A model generated the notes under the pieces. That model saw only the letters and a program-made list of their open reading frames with translations. It had not been told where the DNA came from and did not search any database. From Verrucomicrobiota bacterium (GTDB taxonomy: Bacteria; Verrucomicrobiota; Verrucomicrobiia; Chthoniobacterales; UBA10450), in contig QHRF01000083.1 of NCBI GenBank assembly GCA_003220055.1, forward strand, positions 564-64,563: DNA of 64,000 nt. Direction: 5' to 3'. The position numbers were made by a program, and so were the translations under genes. Positions 44,398-52,307 of the stretch are shown in pieces (positions within the stretch are counted from its first letter, which is position 1; each line of letters begins with the position of its first letter).

Positions 44398-45174
44398 CTA
44401 CCTTTCAAGACTGGATCGCAGTTCTTCGTCCGCCAAAGTTCGATAACGAATCGCGCTCTTCCGGTCGCGCTCGAGCACGGCCGCTTCAATCCCAGCCTTG
44501 GCCAGCTCCTCTTCTCGGTGTTTGCGAACAGCGTCGCGCTCTGGCAATTCCTTGCTCGCGTTTTCTCCCATCGCCATCCGGCCAACGCTCCATGCATCGA
44601 ATGCCACATTGATCGCATCCGGCAACGCCCCATCGGTGACGTGTTCTTTTTGCAAAAACTTTTCCATCAGCTCTGCCGACTGGCGCGTTCCGCTCAAGAC
44701 TGCAAACCGCTGCCGCGGTTGCCCGGTCAATCCGTCAGCCGCGATTGCGCCGTCGTAATCGATGCGCAAAAACAAATCTTCCTTCGAGCTCGAACCGATC
44801 TCGGCAAAAAGCAACCGCGCAAGGTAGGGGGCACCATAAACTTGCTCGAACGCACTTTTCATTACCGGGCTGAGTGAGTAATGCGCGAGACGACGCAGGG
44901 AAACGTCCGCAGCCGAACGCGTGAAACCCTCCGTGCTCGCCAATTCGATTGCCGCTAGCCGCAGTCGTTCGATATCTCCGGGATGACCAATCGCGCCCAT
45001 CGCGATCCGGTCGTAAATCTCAAAAATCTTTTGCCGCACGCGTCCGAGCGTTACGAAAAGAATTCCGTCACGATATCCGACCGCCGCGATCGGACTCCCC
45101 GCCGCCAGCTGCGTTTCGATGTACTCGCGCCGGTTCGCGATCGCCTCTACCCAACGATACGGCTCTTCGATCAT
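44398..45174 (-). CDS. prcA: 20S proteasome alpha subunit (bacterial PrcA type)
   Basis: Remembered Mycobacterium PrcA blocks line up: EIYDRIAMGAIGHPGDIERLR, PYLARLLFAEIG...LFLRIDYDGAIAADG, IEAAVLERDRKSAIRYR. Its start overlaps the prcB stop (ATGA). Confidence 0.85.
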   Translation of the reverse strand: MIEEPYRWVEAIANRREYIETQLAAGSPIAAVGYRDGILFVTLGRVRQKIFEIYDRIAMGAIGHPGDIERLRLAAIELASTEGFTRSAADVSLRRLAHYSLSPVMKSAFEQVYGAPYLARLLFAEIGSSSKEDLFLRIDYDGAIAADGLTGQPRQRFAVLSGTRQSAELMEKFLQKEHVTDGALPDAINVAFDAWSVGRMAMGENASKELPERDAVRKHREEELAKAGIEAAVLERDRKSAIRYRTLADEELRSSLER

Positions 45175-45986
45175 GCCACCTTTTGTTTGAACACGCTGGC
45201 TATCTTTTGCTCCGGCAACGTTGTGATCCCTTCGCGCGAAACAGTTTTGATCAGTGGAAAAATTTTTCCGCTCCGATCGACTCCGCCGGTGGAAGTGTCC
45301 GCTTCCGCGGCTGTGTCGAGCGCGCGCAATGCGATCGCAATCGCTTCGTCCTCGTTCAATTGCTGCAGCTTCTTGTCGCCCCAGTTGTTTTCGTAATAAA
45401 GGATACCACGCACCGCCGGCGAACCGGAGCCGGTTGCGGCGTAATCCGTCACTTCGAATTGCGCGCCCATCGCGTCGTAAAAATAGAGTCGCGCTTCCGG
45501 TTTTGAATTTCCATCGTAGGTCGCGAAGATCGGCACCACCACGCCGACGCCTTGCATGACGAATCCAAAGTTGTCCCGCAACAATTTGGAAAGGGCGCGC
45601 ACCTTGCCATCCACGCTCATCTCTTGCAACTGCGACCGCCGAAAATATTGAAACGAATGCTCGAGCACACGCGCCATTTCCCAGGCCGTAGCCGGCACAC
45701 CCGCGATGGCCATGATCGAATGGCGATCGATCTCGAGCACCTTGTCCGCGCGATCGTAAACGACGGTATTGCCTGCGGTCGCGCGACGATCGCCCGCTAC
45801 CAGCACGCCGCCCGCAAATTTGAAAGCTAGGATAGTGGTCGACTCCGTCTGAACGAACGGATGATTTCCTGCCGCGCCGGTTGGATCGGGCGCGATTTGG
45901 AGCAAACCTTTGCGCCGCAAGAGCGCCGGGAAATCTTCACTCGCGCCAGAAAAATTCTGGTCCAATGCCAAAGGCGGCTTGTCCAT
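45171..45986 (-). CDS. prcB: 20S proteasome beta subunit (PrcB type) with propeptide
   Basis: The catalytic-Thr context ...ESTTILAFKFAGGVLVAGDRRATAGN... and GSGS...TGG blocks match bacterial PrcB. The ATG at 45986 (MDKPPLAL) is chosen because the longer ORF (to 46124) overlaps the UBact-like ORF. Confidence 0.85.
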   Translation of the reverse strand: MDKPPLALDQNFSGASEDFPALLRRKGLLQIAPDPTGAAGNHPFVQTESTTILAFKFAGGVLVAGDRRATAGNTVVYDRADKVLEIDRHSIMAIAGVPATAWEMARVLEHSFQYFRRSQLQEMSVDGKVRALSKLLRDNFGFVMQGVGVVVPIFATYDGNSKPEARLYFYDAMGAQFEVTDYAATGSGSPAVRGILYYENNWGDKKLQQLNEDEAIAIALRALDTAAEADTSTGGVDRSGKIFPLIKTVSREGITTLPEQKIASVFKQKVA

Positions 45987-46162
45987 TATTGGCCGGTGCG
46001 CTGGCGGTAGCGTTTCGACTGGTTCGGGTCCACCTTCCGCATTTTTTTCAATAAATCTTTCGTGTCCGGCCGCGAGACGTCGGGCGAGCGCGGACCACCT
46101 TCGTCCCCCTGCTTCGGACCCCACGGAGCGGGATCAAACGGCTTTTGCACGCGCTCCGGCAT
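45986..46162 (-). CDS. UBact-like small ubiquitin-like modifier (Pup analogue), 58 aa
   Basis: MPERVQKPFDPAPWGPKQGDEGGPRSPDVSRPDTKDLLKKMRKVDPNQSKRYRQRTGQ. Ends in R-T-G-Q. Located immediately upstream of prcB with a TAATG stop/start overlap. The ATG at 46162 was verified. Confidence 0.7.
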   Translation of the reverse strand: MPERVQKPFDPAPWGPKQGDEGGPRSPDVSRPDTKDLLKKMRKVDPNQSKRYRQRTGQ

Positions 46163-46260
46163 GGCAAAAAATTTAAGGAGAAATGATAAGAAGGCAAGCT
46201 GGCGCCCTCCAGCCGGCCCTGCTTGCCAGCGGAAGCGGCTAATGCCAAAATCGAGGGTTG

Positions 46261-46773
46261 ATGAAATCCCTGGTCGCGAATCCTCTTGCCGCATCGGTTT
46301 TGATCGCTCTCGCGAGCTCGAACGGTTTCGCCCAGACATCTGCGCCCACGCCGCACACCACTGCGACTCAAGCCGCCGCAGGCCAGGCCGCGCAACTTCA
46401 GGAGCTAACCAAAAAGATCGAAGAGCAGAATGCGAAGATCGATATGCTTTCGCAGCAAATTCTTAAGCTTCAGTCACAGCTGTCCAATCAACGTCCCGGC
46501 GTCATGATCGGCGAAGGCGCCCCACCAACATCGACATCGACCGCATCGACGTCTACTCCAGCAGCGGCCGAACCGTCCGTGAAAGCAGGCGATGGCAACA
46601 GCCACATCGTCGCGCGCGGCGAAACGCTTACCTCAATTGCGCGGATGCACAACATCAGCGTGAGCGAGCTGCAAAAGTTCAATCACATCGATAATCCTTT
46701 GAAATTGCAGGCCGGCCAGACCCTTTTGATTCCCCCATCGCCGATCCCGTCGCCATCTTCTTCGGGCGAATAA
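46261..46773 (+). CDS. Secreted LysM-domain protein
   Basis: Signal peptide MKSLVANPLAASVLIALASSNGFAQ, a coiled-coil segment, and LysM HIVARGETLTSIARMHNISVSELQKFNHIDNPLKLQAGQTLLIP. Confidence 0.8.
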   Translation: MKSLVANPLAASVLIALASSNGFAQTSAPTPHTTATQAAAGQAAQLQELTKKIEEQNAKIDMLSQQILKLQSQLSNQRPGVMIGEGAPPTSTSTASTSTPAAAEPSVKAGDGNSHIVARGETLTSIARMHNISVSELQKFNHIDNPLKLQAGQTLLIPPSPIPSPSSSGE

Positions 46774-46776
46774 GCG

Positions 46777-47331
46777 ATGGAGGAAGTTTTCAGCCAACCC
46801 TGGTTTTTACGAAAACATCAGGACGGCTCTGTCTTCGGCCCAATTTCGTTCGATCAACTTTCCGGTTGGGCTTCGGCCGCTCAAGTCGCGCCGCACGATC
46901 TTGTTTCGACTGATCAACAAACGTGGTTAAAAGCGCCGATGCTTGCGCAGCTCGCAATGGATTGGTTGGTCGAAGTGACCAGCGAGCATTATTACGGACC
47001 AACCACTGTCGGTGCGATCCAGGAATTTATCCGGCTTGGCGATATCAAAGCGGACGCCTTCCTTATCAACTCCTGCGATGGAACTCGCCGGCAGATCGGC
47101 GAAATGCCTGCGCTCTTCAAAACAAACGCCACCGCCTCTAAGACGAGCGCAGGCGACGCTGCGGTCGAGCCAGCCGCGGCCGGTATTTCAATTCGCCTTC
47201 AGGAACGCATCCGCGATCTCGAACAAACTTTGCGGGAAGAACGACGCGCCTTAGCTGAAGCCGAGCAGAGTTACGAAAAGCTGGAAGAAAAATACAACGC
47301 CCTGCTGCAGCGTGGCGGCCCGACCGCTTAG
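46777..47331 (+). CDS. GYF_2 (DUF4339-like) domain protein with a C-terminal coiled coil
   Basis: WFLRKHQDGSVFGPISFDQLSGWASAAQVAPHDLV and a second YYGPTTVGAIQEFIRLGDI module. Confidence 0.6.
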   Translation: MEEVFSQPWFLRKHQDGSVFGPISFDQLSGWASAAQVAPHDLVSTDQQTWLKAPMLAQLAMDWLVEVTSEHYYGPTTVGAIQEFIRLGDIKADAFLINSCDGTRRQIGEMPALFKTNATASKTSAGDAAVEPAAAGISIRLQERIRDLEQTLREERRALAEAEQSYEKLEEKYNALLQRGGPTA

Positions 47332-49130
47332 ACCGACATCTGTTCGTCCGCCGGCGCGACCGGCGCTTCCTCCAAGCTCGTCGCCGCATCGACGATCTCC
47401 CGTGGCGATTCGAGCAAACTTTGCTCGCACAACGCCGCATATTTGCCACCGTGCCCAATCAGCTCCTCGTGCGTGCCGCGCTCAATGATGCGCCCGTGAT
47501 CGAGCACGAGAATCTGATCGGCACGCACAATCGTCGAAAGCCGATGCGCGATGACCATCGACGTTCGGTTCGCCATCAAATGTTCCAGCGCTTCCTGAAT
47601 CAGACGCTCGGTCGCGGTGTCTACACTTGCGGTCGCTTCATCGAGAATCAAAATCGGCGGATCCTTCAACAGAGCGCGCGCGATCGAGAGCCTTTGCTTT
47701 TCCCCGACACTCAACTTCACACCGCGCTCGCCCACTACACTCTCCAATTTGTCTGGGAGTCGTTCGATAAACTCGCGCGCATTGGCGGCTTCCACTGCGC
47801 GCCATAACTCCGCGTCGGTCGCGCTCGGTTTTCCCATCAAAAGATTCTCGCGGATCGAGCCGTTGAAAAGAAAACTTTCCTGTGTCACCAGGCCGATATT
47901 CTCTCGCAGCGCGCGAATGCCGTATTCGCGGATCTCTTTGCCATCGACAAAAATCTGGCCATCGCCCTCTTTCAATTCGTAAAAACGCGGAAGCAAACTC
48001 GCCAGGGTCGATTTGCCAGCGCCAGTCGCGCCGACCAGGGCCACCGTTTCTCCCGGGTGCGCATGCAGTGAAATATTCTTTAGCGCCGGCAAACCTTCGG
48101 CGTAACTAAAATTGACGTTTTCGTAACGAATGTCGCCGGCGACACGCAACGGCGCATAACTGTCGATCCAGCCAGTTTCAATCGGCTCGTCCAAAATCTC
48201 AAACACGCGCTCGCCCGCGGCGCGGCCGGCTTGGACGAGTTGATTCAATTGATGAAGCCGGCTGATTGGATCGTAGAGAAACGCGGTCAACATCAGGAAC
48301 GCGACCAGGTCGCCGATTTGCATCGTGCCGTTGAGCACCGCGTAACTTCCAAACCCGAGCACGACCACCGCACCGATCGCTTCGAACATCGACATCGACG
48401 GCGAGTAAATCGCCCAGACCCGCATCACCACGAGAGTGGCGTGCCGCAACTGATCGCTTACGCGATTGAACCGGGCGTGCTCCTCTTTCTCGCGCGCAAA
48501 ACTCTTGATCTGGCGAATCCCGGACAGGTTATCGTGCAAAAGCGCGTTCATCGCCGAGGCCGCGCGACGCTGGAGACGATAACGCCGATGCGCGGTCAGG
48601 GTGTAAGTCAACGCGCCCGTGATCAAAAACGGGAACGGAATCAGCGCGAGCAACGCGAGCTCGGCATTGAAATAAAACATCACGCCGAGAACGATCATCA
48701 CTTGAAGGATCGCGACCACGCCCTGCTCGATCCCATCGATTAGCACCCGTTCGACCGAATTCACGTCTTCGATTACCCGCGTCATCAAATCGCCGGTCGC
48801 ACGATTGTCGAACCACCGCAGCGGCAGCAGTTGAATGTGCGAATACAAATCGCTCCGCAGATCGAAAATCACCCGTTGTTCGAAGGTATTGTTCAGAATG
48901 ATCCGGAGCGTGTTGAAGCCGTGCTGAAGCAGAAACGCCACGAGAGCGAACAACACCAGCGGCAGCAATTTTTCCGGATGATGCTGGCGCACGACATCGT
49001 CGATGATCCATTTGGTCACGCCCGGGAAAACGATCACCATCAACGTGCCGATGACGGCGCACCCGAGCGTGCCGAGCGCGAGCGCCGGATAACGCTTCAA
49101 GTAACCAAACACGCGCCAGACCGTTTTCAT
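47328..49130 (-). CDS. ABC exporter, fused permease/ATPase (MsbA/ABCB-like)
   Basis: 6-TM N-domain, Walker A GATGAGKST, signature LSVGEKQRLSIARAL, Walker B ILILDEATASVD. Confidence 0.9.
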   Translation of the reverse strand: MKTVWRVFGYLKRYPALALGTLGCAVIGTLMVIVFPGVTKWIIDDVVRQHHPEKLLPLVLFALVAFLLQHGFNTLRIILNNTFEQRVIFDLRSDLYSHIQLLPLRWFDNRATGDLMTRVIEDVNSVERVLIDGIEQGVVAILQVMIVLGVMFYFNAELALLALIPFPFLITGALTYTLTAHRRYRLQRRAASAMNALLHDNLSGIRQIKSFAREKEEHARFNRVSDQLRHATLVVMRVWAIYSPSMSMFEAIGAVVVLGFGSYAVLNGTMQIGDLVAFLMLTAFLYDPISRLHQLNQLVQAGRAAGERVFEILDEPIETGWIDSYAPLRVAGDIRYENVNFSYAEGLPALKNISLHAHPGETVALVGATGAGKSTLASLLPRFYELKEGDGQIFVDGKEIREYGIRALRENIGLVTQESFLFNGSIRENLLMGKPSATDAELWRAVEAANAREFIERLPDKLESVVGERGVKLSVGEKQRLSIARALLKDPPILILDEATASVDTATERLIQEALEHLMANRTSMVIAHRLSTIVRADQILVLDHGRIIERGTHEELIGHGGKYAALCEQSLLESPREIVDAATSLEEAPVAPADEQMSV

Positions 49131-49171
49131 TCTAGAGCAAAGCTATCACAGCTCGCGCTGTGCAACATCTG

Positions 49172-49260
49172 GGTGGATCGGCCGCTCCGCGGACGATGTT
49201 AAAAAAGAACGGCGCCGCCGCCAAGAGTTTAACATCGAGCAAGGGACTGCTCGATCCGCC
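49172..49260. mobile_element. MITE-like ~87-bp element, copy C (intergenic)
   Basis: ggtggatcggccgctccgcgg...atcgagcaagggactgctcgatccgcc. It is the reverse complement of the layout seen at 7171-7256. Confidence 0.75.
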
Positions 49261-49263
49261 GTC

Positions 49264-50160
49264 TCAAAGGCGGTCGCCGGAATGTTTATGTCGACCTTTG
49301 AACGTGAGTTCGGCGATACCGGATTTGTCGAGCTCGCCCAAACCTTCCGCGATCATGCGCTCGTATTGTTGTTTGGTCGCGCCCGCGAGCGGCAGATCGA
49401 GCCCGCGCTGACGTGCAAGTTCGAGCGCGATGCCGCTGTCTTTGGACGCGTGCGCGGCGGAAAAGAAGCAGCTGTGGTCGCGGTTCTGCATATCTTCGCC
49501 ATCAGTTTCCAAGACGCGCGACGCCGCGCCGGTCTGAGCAAAAACTTCGCGGAGCGTTTTCAGATCAAGTCCAAGCGCGTCGCCGAGCGCGAGCCCTTCG
49601 GCCAGGCCGGCGGTGTTGATGTTCATCACCATGTTGACGAGCGCTTTCACTTTCGCGGCTTCGCCCGCTTTACCAATGAAACGCACCGTCGCCGCCAGCT
49701 CCCTAAGCACCGGTTCTGCTTTCCGGAAGGCCGCCTCGGCCCCGCCGCACATCAAATAAAGTTTCCCTTCGCGTGCCTGGGTGATGCTCGACGCCATGCA
49801 GGCTTCGAGCGATTGCGCGCCGGCTTTCTCCGCCAGCTTCTCAACATCGACATGCACCTGCGGCGAAATCGTCGCGCAGTTAATGAAAAGTTTTCCGCGC
49901 GCGTTGACGAGAAGGTTGTCGCCGGTTCCCGAGAAAATGTTGCGCATCGCTTTGTCGTCGGTCACGACAGTGAAGGTCACGTCCGATTGCGCCGTCACTT
50001 CCGCCAAATCCTGACACGCGGCGCAACCAAGCTCTCCCGCCAGATCCGTCGCCACTTTTCGGTTCGTGTCGTAGACCGCAGTCACGTGAAAGTTTCGATC
50101 TTTCAACCGGCGCGCCATGTTCGCGCCCATTCGCCCAACGCCCACAACACCAATGTTCAT
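49264..50160 (-). CDS. NAD(P)-dependent oxidoreductase, 3-hydroxyisobutyrate/6-phosphogluconate-dehydrogenase-like family
   Basis: MNIGVVGVGRMGANMARRL Rossmann N-terminus; 298 aa. Confidence 0.8.
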   Translation of the reverse strand: MNIGVVGVGRMGANMARRLKDRNFHVTAVYDTNRKVATDLAGELGCAACQDLAEVTAQSDVTFTVVTDDKAMRNIFSGTGDNLLVNARGKLFINCATISPQVHVDVEKLAEKAGAQSLEACMASSITQAREGKLYLMCGGAEAAFRKAEPVLRELAATVRFIGKAGEAAKVKALVNMVMNINTAGLAEGLALGDALGLDLKTLREVFAQTGAASRVLETDGEDMQNRDHSCFFSAAHASKDSGIALELARQRGLDLPLAGATKQQYERMIAEGLGELDKSGIAELTFKGRHKHSGDRL

Positions 50161-50180
50161 GACGATAATGTTTCAGATTT

Positions 50181-50260
50181 CGGCTAAATACGCCAACGAC
50201 ACGAAAGATTCACGGGATTCAATTTTCAAATCCTTTGGCGTAATTTGGCGTGTTTAGCGG
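50181..50260 (-). repeat. Structured intergenic element X2 (16-bp stem enclosing 48 nt; TTTCGTGT next to the 3' arm on the gene-sense strand)
   Basis: cggctaaatacgccaa (50181-50196) pairs with ttggcgtgtttagcgg (50245-50260): 14 Watson-Crick pairs, 1 G-U, 1 mismatch. The interior begins cgacacgaaagattc. Confidence 0.65.
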
Positions 50261-50276
50261 ATACCAGCCTCAAACA

Positions 50277-51095
50277 TCAAACTTTATGGGCAAAGAACGG
50301 ATTGTGTCGCTTCTCTTCCCGGACGCTCGTCATCGGCCCGTGACCGGGACAAATGATCGTTTCATCCGGCAAGGTCAGAATTTTCTCGAGATTGTTTCGA
50401 ACCGCGTCTTTGTAGGAAACGGTCCCGCCACCCATCGAGCCGGCAAAAAGCGAGTCGCCGACTATCGCAATCGGTCGGGCGAGGCCGGTCACAACGAACG
50501 TCATTCCTCCCGGCGAATGCCCCCAGGTCAACCGTGCTTCGATCTGGATCTTGCCGACGCGAAATTTTTTTCCGTCATCGATTGTTTCCGCTGCCGGCAC
50601 CGGTTCGCGCGCCGGAGCAAAAACTTCGGCGCCGGTCTCTTCGCGCAGTCGCGGCAAATCGGCGACGTGATCGGAATGGGCATGGGTGAGCAAAATCAAG
50701 CTGATGCTGAGATTTTCTTTCGTCGCCAGTTTTAGCATTCCGGCGCAATCTGCGCCGGTATCAAATGCGGCCGCGTGTTTCGTTGCCGGGTCCCAAACGA
50801 GATACGCATTGACCAGCATCCCGCCGTAACTGGTATTGGATTGGGCAAGCCCTTCGAAATTCTCGAGCTTGTCCGGTTTCCATTTACGCTGCGCAAGATA
50901 GACCAGTGCGTCCGCGTCGAGATCCAGGACCGGCGCGATCGTGCGCAAAGTCGCTTCGTCCGCTTGCCCATCGCGCGCTTTACGAATTGCTTCCGCTCTC
51001 AAGCCGGATTTCTTCGCAAGTTCGCTATCGGAAATGCTCAAACCGCGTTGCGCTTTGCCGACGATGTCCCCGATGTTGTCTTCCAGTTCAATCAT
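50277..51095 (-). CDS. MBL-fold metallo-hydrolase with an N-terminal HTH-like extension
   Basis: THAHSDHVADL metal motif and a glyoxalase-II-like core, preceded by ~70 aa resembling an XRE-type HTH (LSISDSELAKKSGLRAEAIRKARDG). Confidence 0.75.
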   Translation of the reverse strand: MIELEDNIGDIVGKAQRGLSISDSELAKKSGLRAEAIRKARDGQADEATLRTIAPVLDLDADALVYLAQRKWKPDKLENFEGLAQSNTSYGGMLVNAYLVWDPATKHAAAFDTGADCAGMLKLATKENLSISLILLTHAHSDHVADLPRLREETGAEVFAPAREPVPAAETIDDGKKFRVGKIQIEARLTWGHSPGGMTFVVTGLARPIAIVGDSLFAGSMGGGTVSYKDAVRNNLEKILTLPDETIICPGHGPMTSVREEKRHNPFFAHKV

Positions 51096-51107
51096 AACCT
51101 TCTTTCG

Positions 51108-51806
51108 TCAGGCAGTGAGCGCGTGCGCTTCTCGATCGCAGCGCAGGTTGCGAATCTTTTGCGGAACGAATTTTTCGAAAGCGCTCGCAATATCAGCAAC
51201 CGAAAGCAATTTGCCTGTTTCCTTCTCCATCGAAGTCATTTTCACATCCGAAATTCCGCACGGAATAATGTGAGTGAACGGTGTCAGATCGTCGCAAACG
51301 TTAAGCGCGAAGCCATGCATCGTGATCCAATGGCGAACGCCGACCCCGATCGACACGATCTTGCGATGGCCGATCCAAACACCGGTGAGACCTTCGCGCT
51401 GCTTCGCCTCGATTTCGTAGCCGGCGAGAAATTCGATCAGCGTTTGCTCGAGCCAGCGCAGGTAGCGATGCAAATCCTGCCCGCACCGGCGAAGATCGAC
51501 AATCGGATAGCCCATCAGTTGGCCGGGGCCGTGATAAGTCGCCTGACCGCCGCGATTGATTGCGAAAAGCGAATGCGGCAAATGCATTGCGCCTAACAAA
51601 CTCGATTTGTCCGGCGTCCGTCCGATGGTGTAAACCGGTTCGTGCTCGAGTAAGAGCACTTCATCGGCGGCATCGCGATCTTCACGCTTTCTGGCAACGA
51701 TCTCTTCCTGAAGCGCGAGCGCATCGGCAAAATTGACTCGGCCGAGCCAGCTGATTCGAAGCATTGAATCGCCTGCCGCGCCGAAACTTTGCGAAGGAAG
51801 GTTCAT
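51108..51806 (-). CDS. lipB: Lipoyl(octanoyl) transferase
   Basis: LLLEHEPVYTIGR, GGQATYHGPGQLMGYPIVDL, KIVSIGVGVRHWITMHGFALNV. The alternative start at 51764 (MLRISWLG) is plausible. Confidence 0.9.
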   Translation of the reverse strand: MNLPSQSFGAAGDSMLRISWLGRVNFADALALQEEIVARKREDRDAADEVLLLEHEPVYTIGRTPDKSSLLGAMHLPHSLFAINRGGQATYHGPGQLMGYPIVDLRRCGQDLHRYLRWLEQTLIEFLAGYEIEAKQREGLTGVWIGHRKIVSIGVGVRHWITMHGFALNVCDDLTPFTHIIPCGISDVKMTSMEKETGKLLSVADIASAFEKFVPQKIRNLRCDREAHALTA

Positions 51807-52306
51807 ATTTGCGTCGCTCCGGGGATTCCCATCCGCGCGGTTTCTTGCGCGCGCACGTGGGTCAGACCGATCGCGAGTGCGTCGGCTGCGTCCGCATCCG
51901 GCGTTTCGGTCAAACTAAGAAGCGCGCGCACCATGAATGCGACCTGGTTTTTTCCAGCGCCGCCGCGACCAACCGTGGCCTGTTTGATTCGTGTGGGCGG
52001 ATATTCGAAAACCGGCAATCCATTTTCAGCGGCGGCAAGAATGGCCGCACCGCGCGCGGCCCCGAGCAGAATCGCCGTCTTGTAACTCTGGACGTAAATA
52101 ACGGATTCGAGCGCGCAACAATCCGGATCGTGCTCGCGAATTAATTCAATCAACCGGTCTCGAATCGCGACCAGACACGACGACGAGCGGAGCTTCTGCG
52201 CGTTGTGAATCGTGCCGAAGTAAAGAGCGCGCGCTTTCCCGTTGTTTGCATCAACAACTGCGACGCCGGTATTGCGCAAGGAAGCGTCGATGGCGAGAAC
52301 GCGCAT
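51803..52306 (-). CDS. ruvC: Crossover junction endodeoxyribonuclease RuvC
   Basis: MRVLAIDASLRNTGVAVVD..., ...DAADALAIGLTH. ATG at 52306. Confidence 0.85.
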   Translation of the reverse strand: MRVLAIDASLRNTGVAVVDANNGKARALYFGTIHNAQKLRSSSCLVAIRDRLIELIREHDPDCCALESVIYVQSYKTAILLGAARGAAILAAAENGLPVFEYPPTRIKQATVGRGGAGKNQVAFMVRALLSLTETPDADAADALAIGLTHVRAQETARMGIPGATQI

Positions 52307-52307
52307 G

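Noticed and set aside
46183-46242. 19-codon mini-ORF (MIRRQAGALQPALLASGSG) preceded by a strong AAGGAG Shine-Dalgarno-like sequence, in the UBact/LysM divergent spacer.
   Set aside because: It is too short and has no recognisable features. AAGGAG plus ATG can arise by chance in a purine-rich spacer. It is worth only a glance in ribosome-profiling data.
45986-46339. The full 117-aa version of the ORF that contains the UBact-like peptide, and the 317-aa version of prcB reaching 46124.
   Set aside because: The N-terminal 59 aa of the long ORF (MSGRNRSSSRERSK...LSFLLKFFA) look non-coding and would cross the divergent promoter region. The internal ATG at 46162 gives the 58-aa product. prcB is better started at 45986, where it is stop-start coupled.
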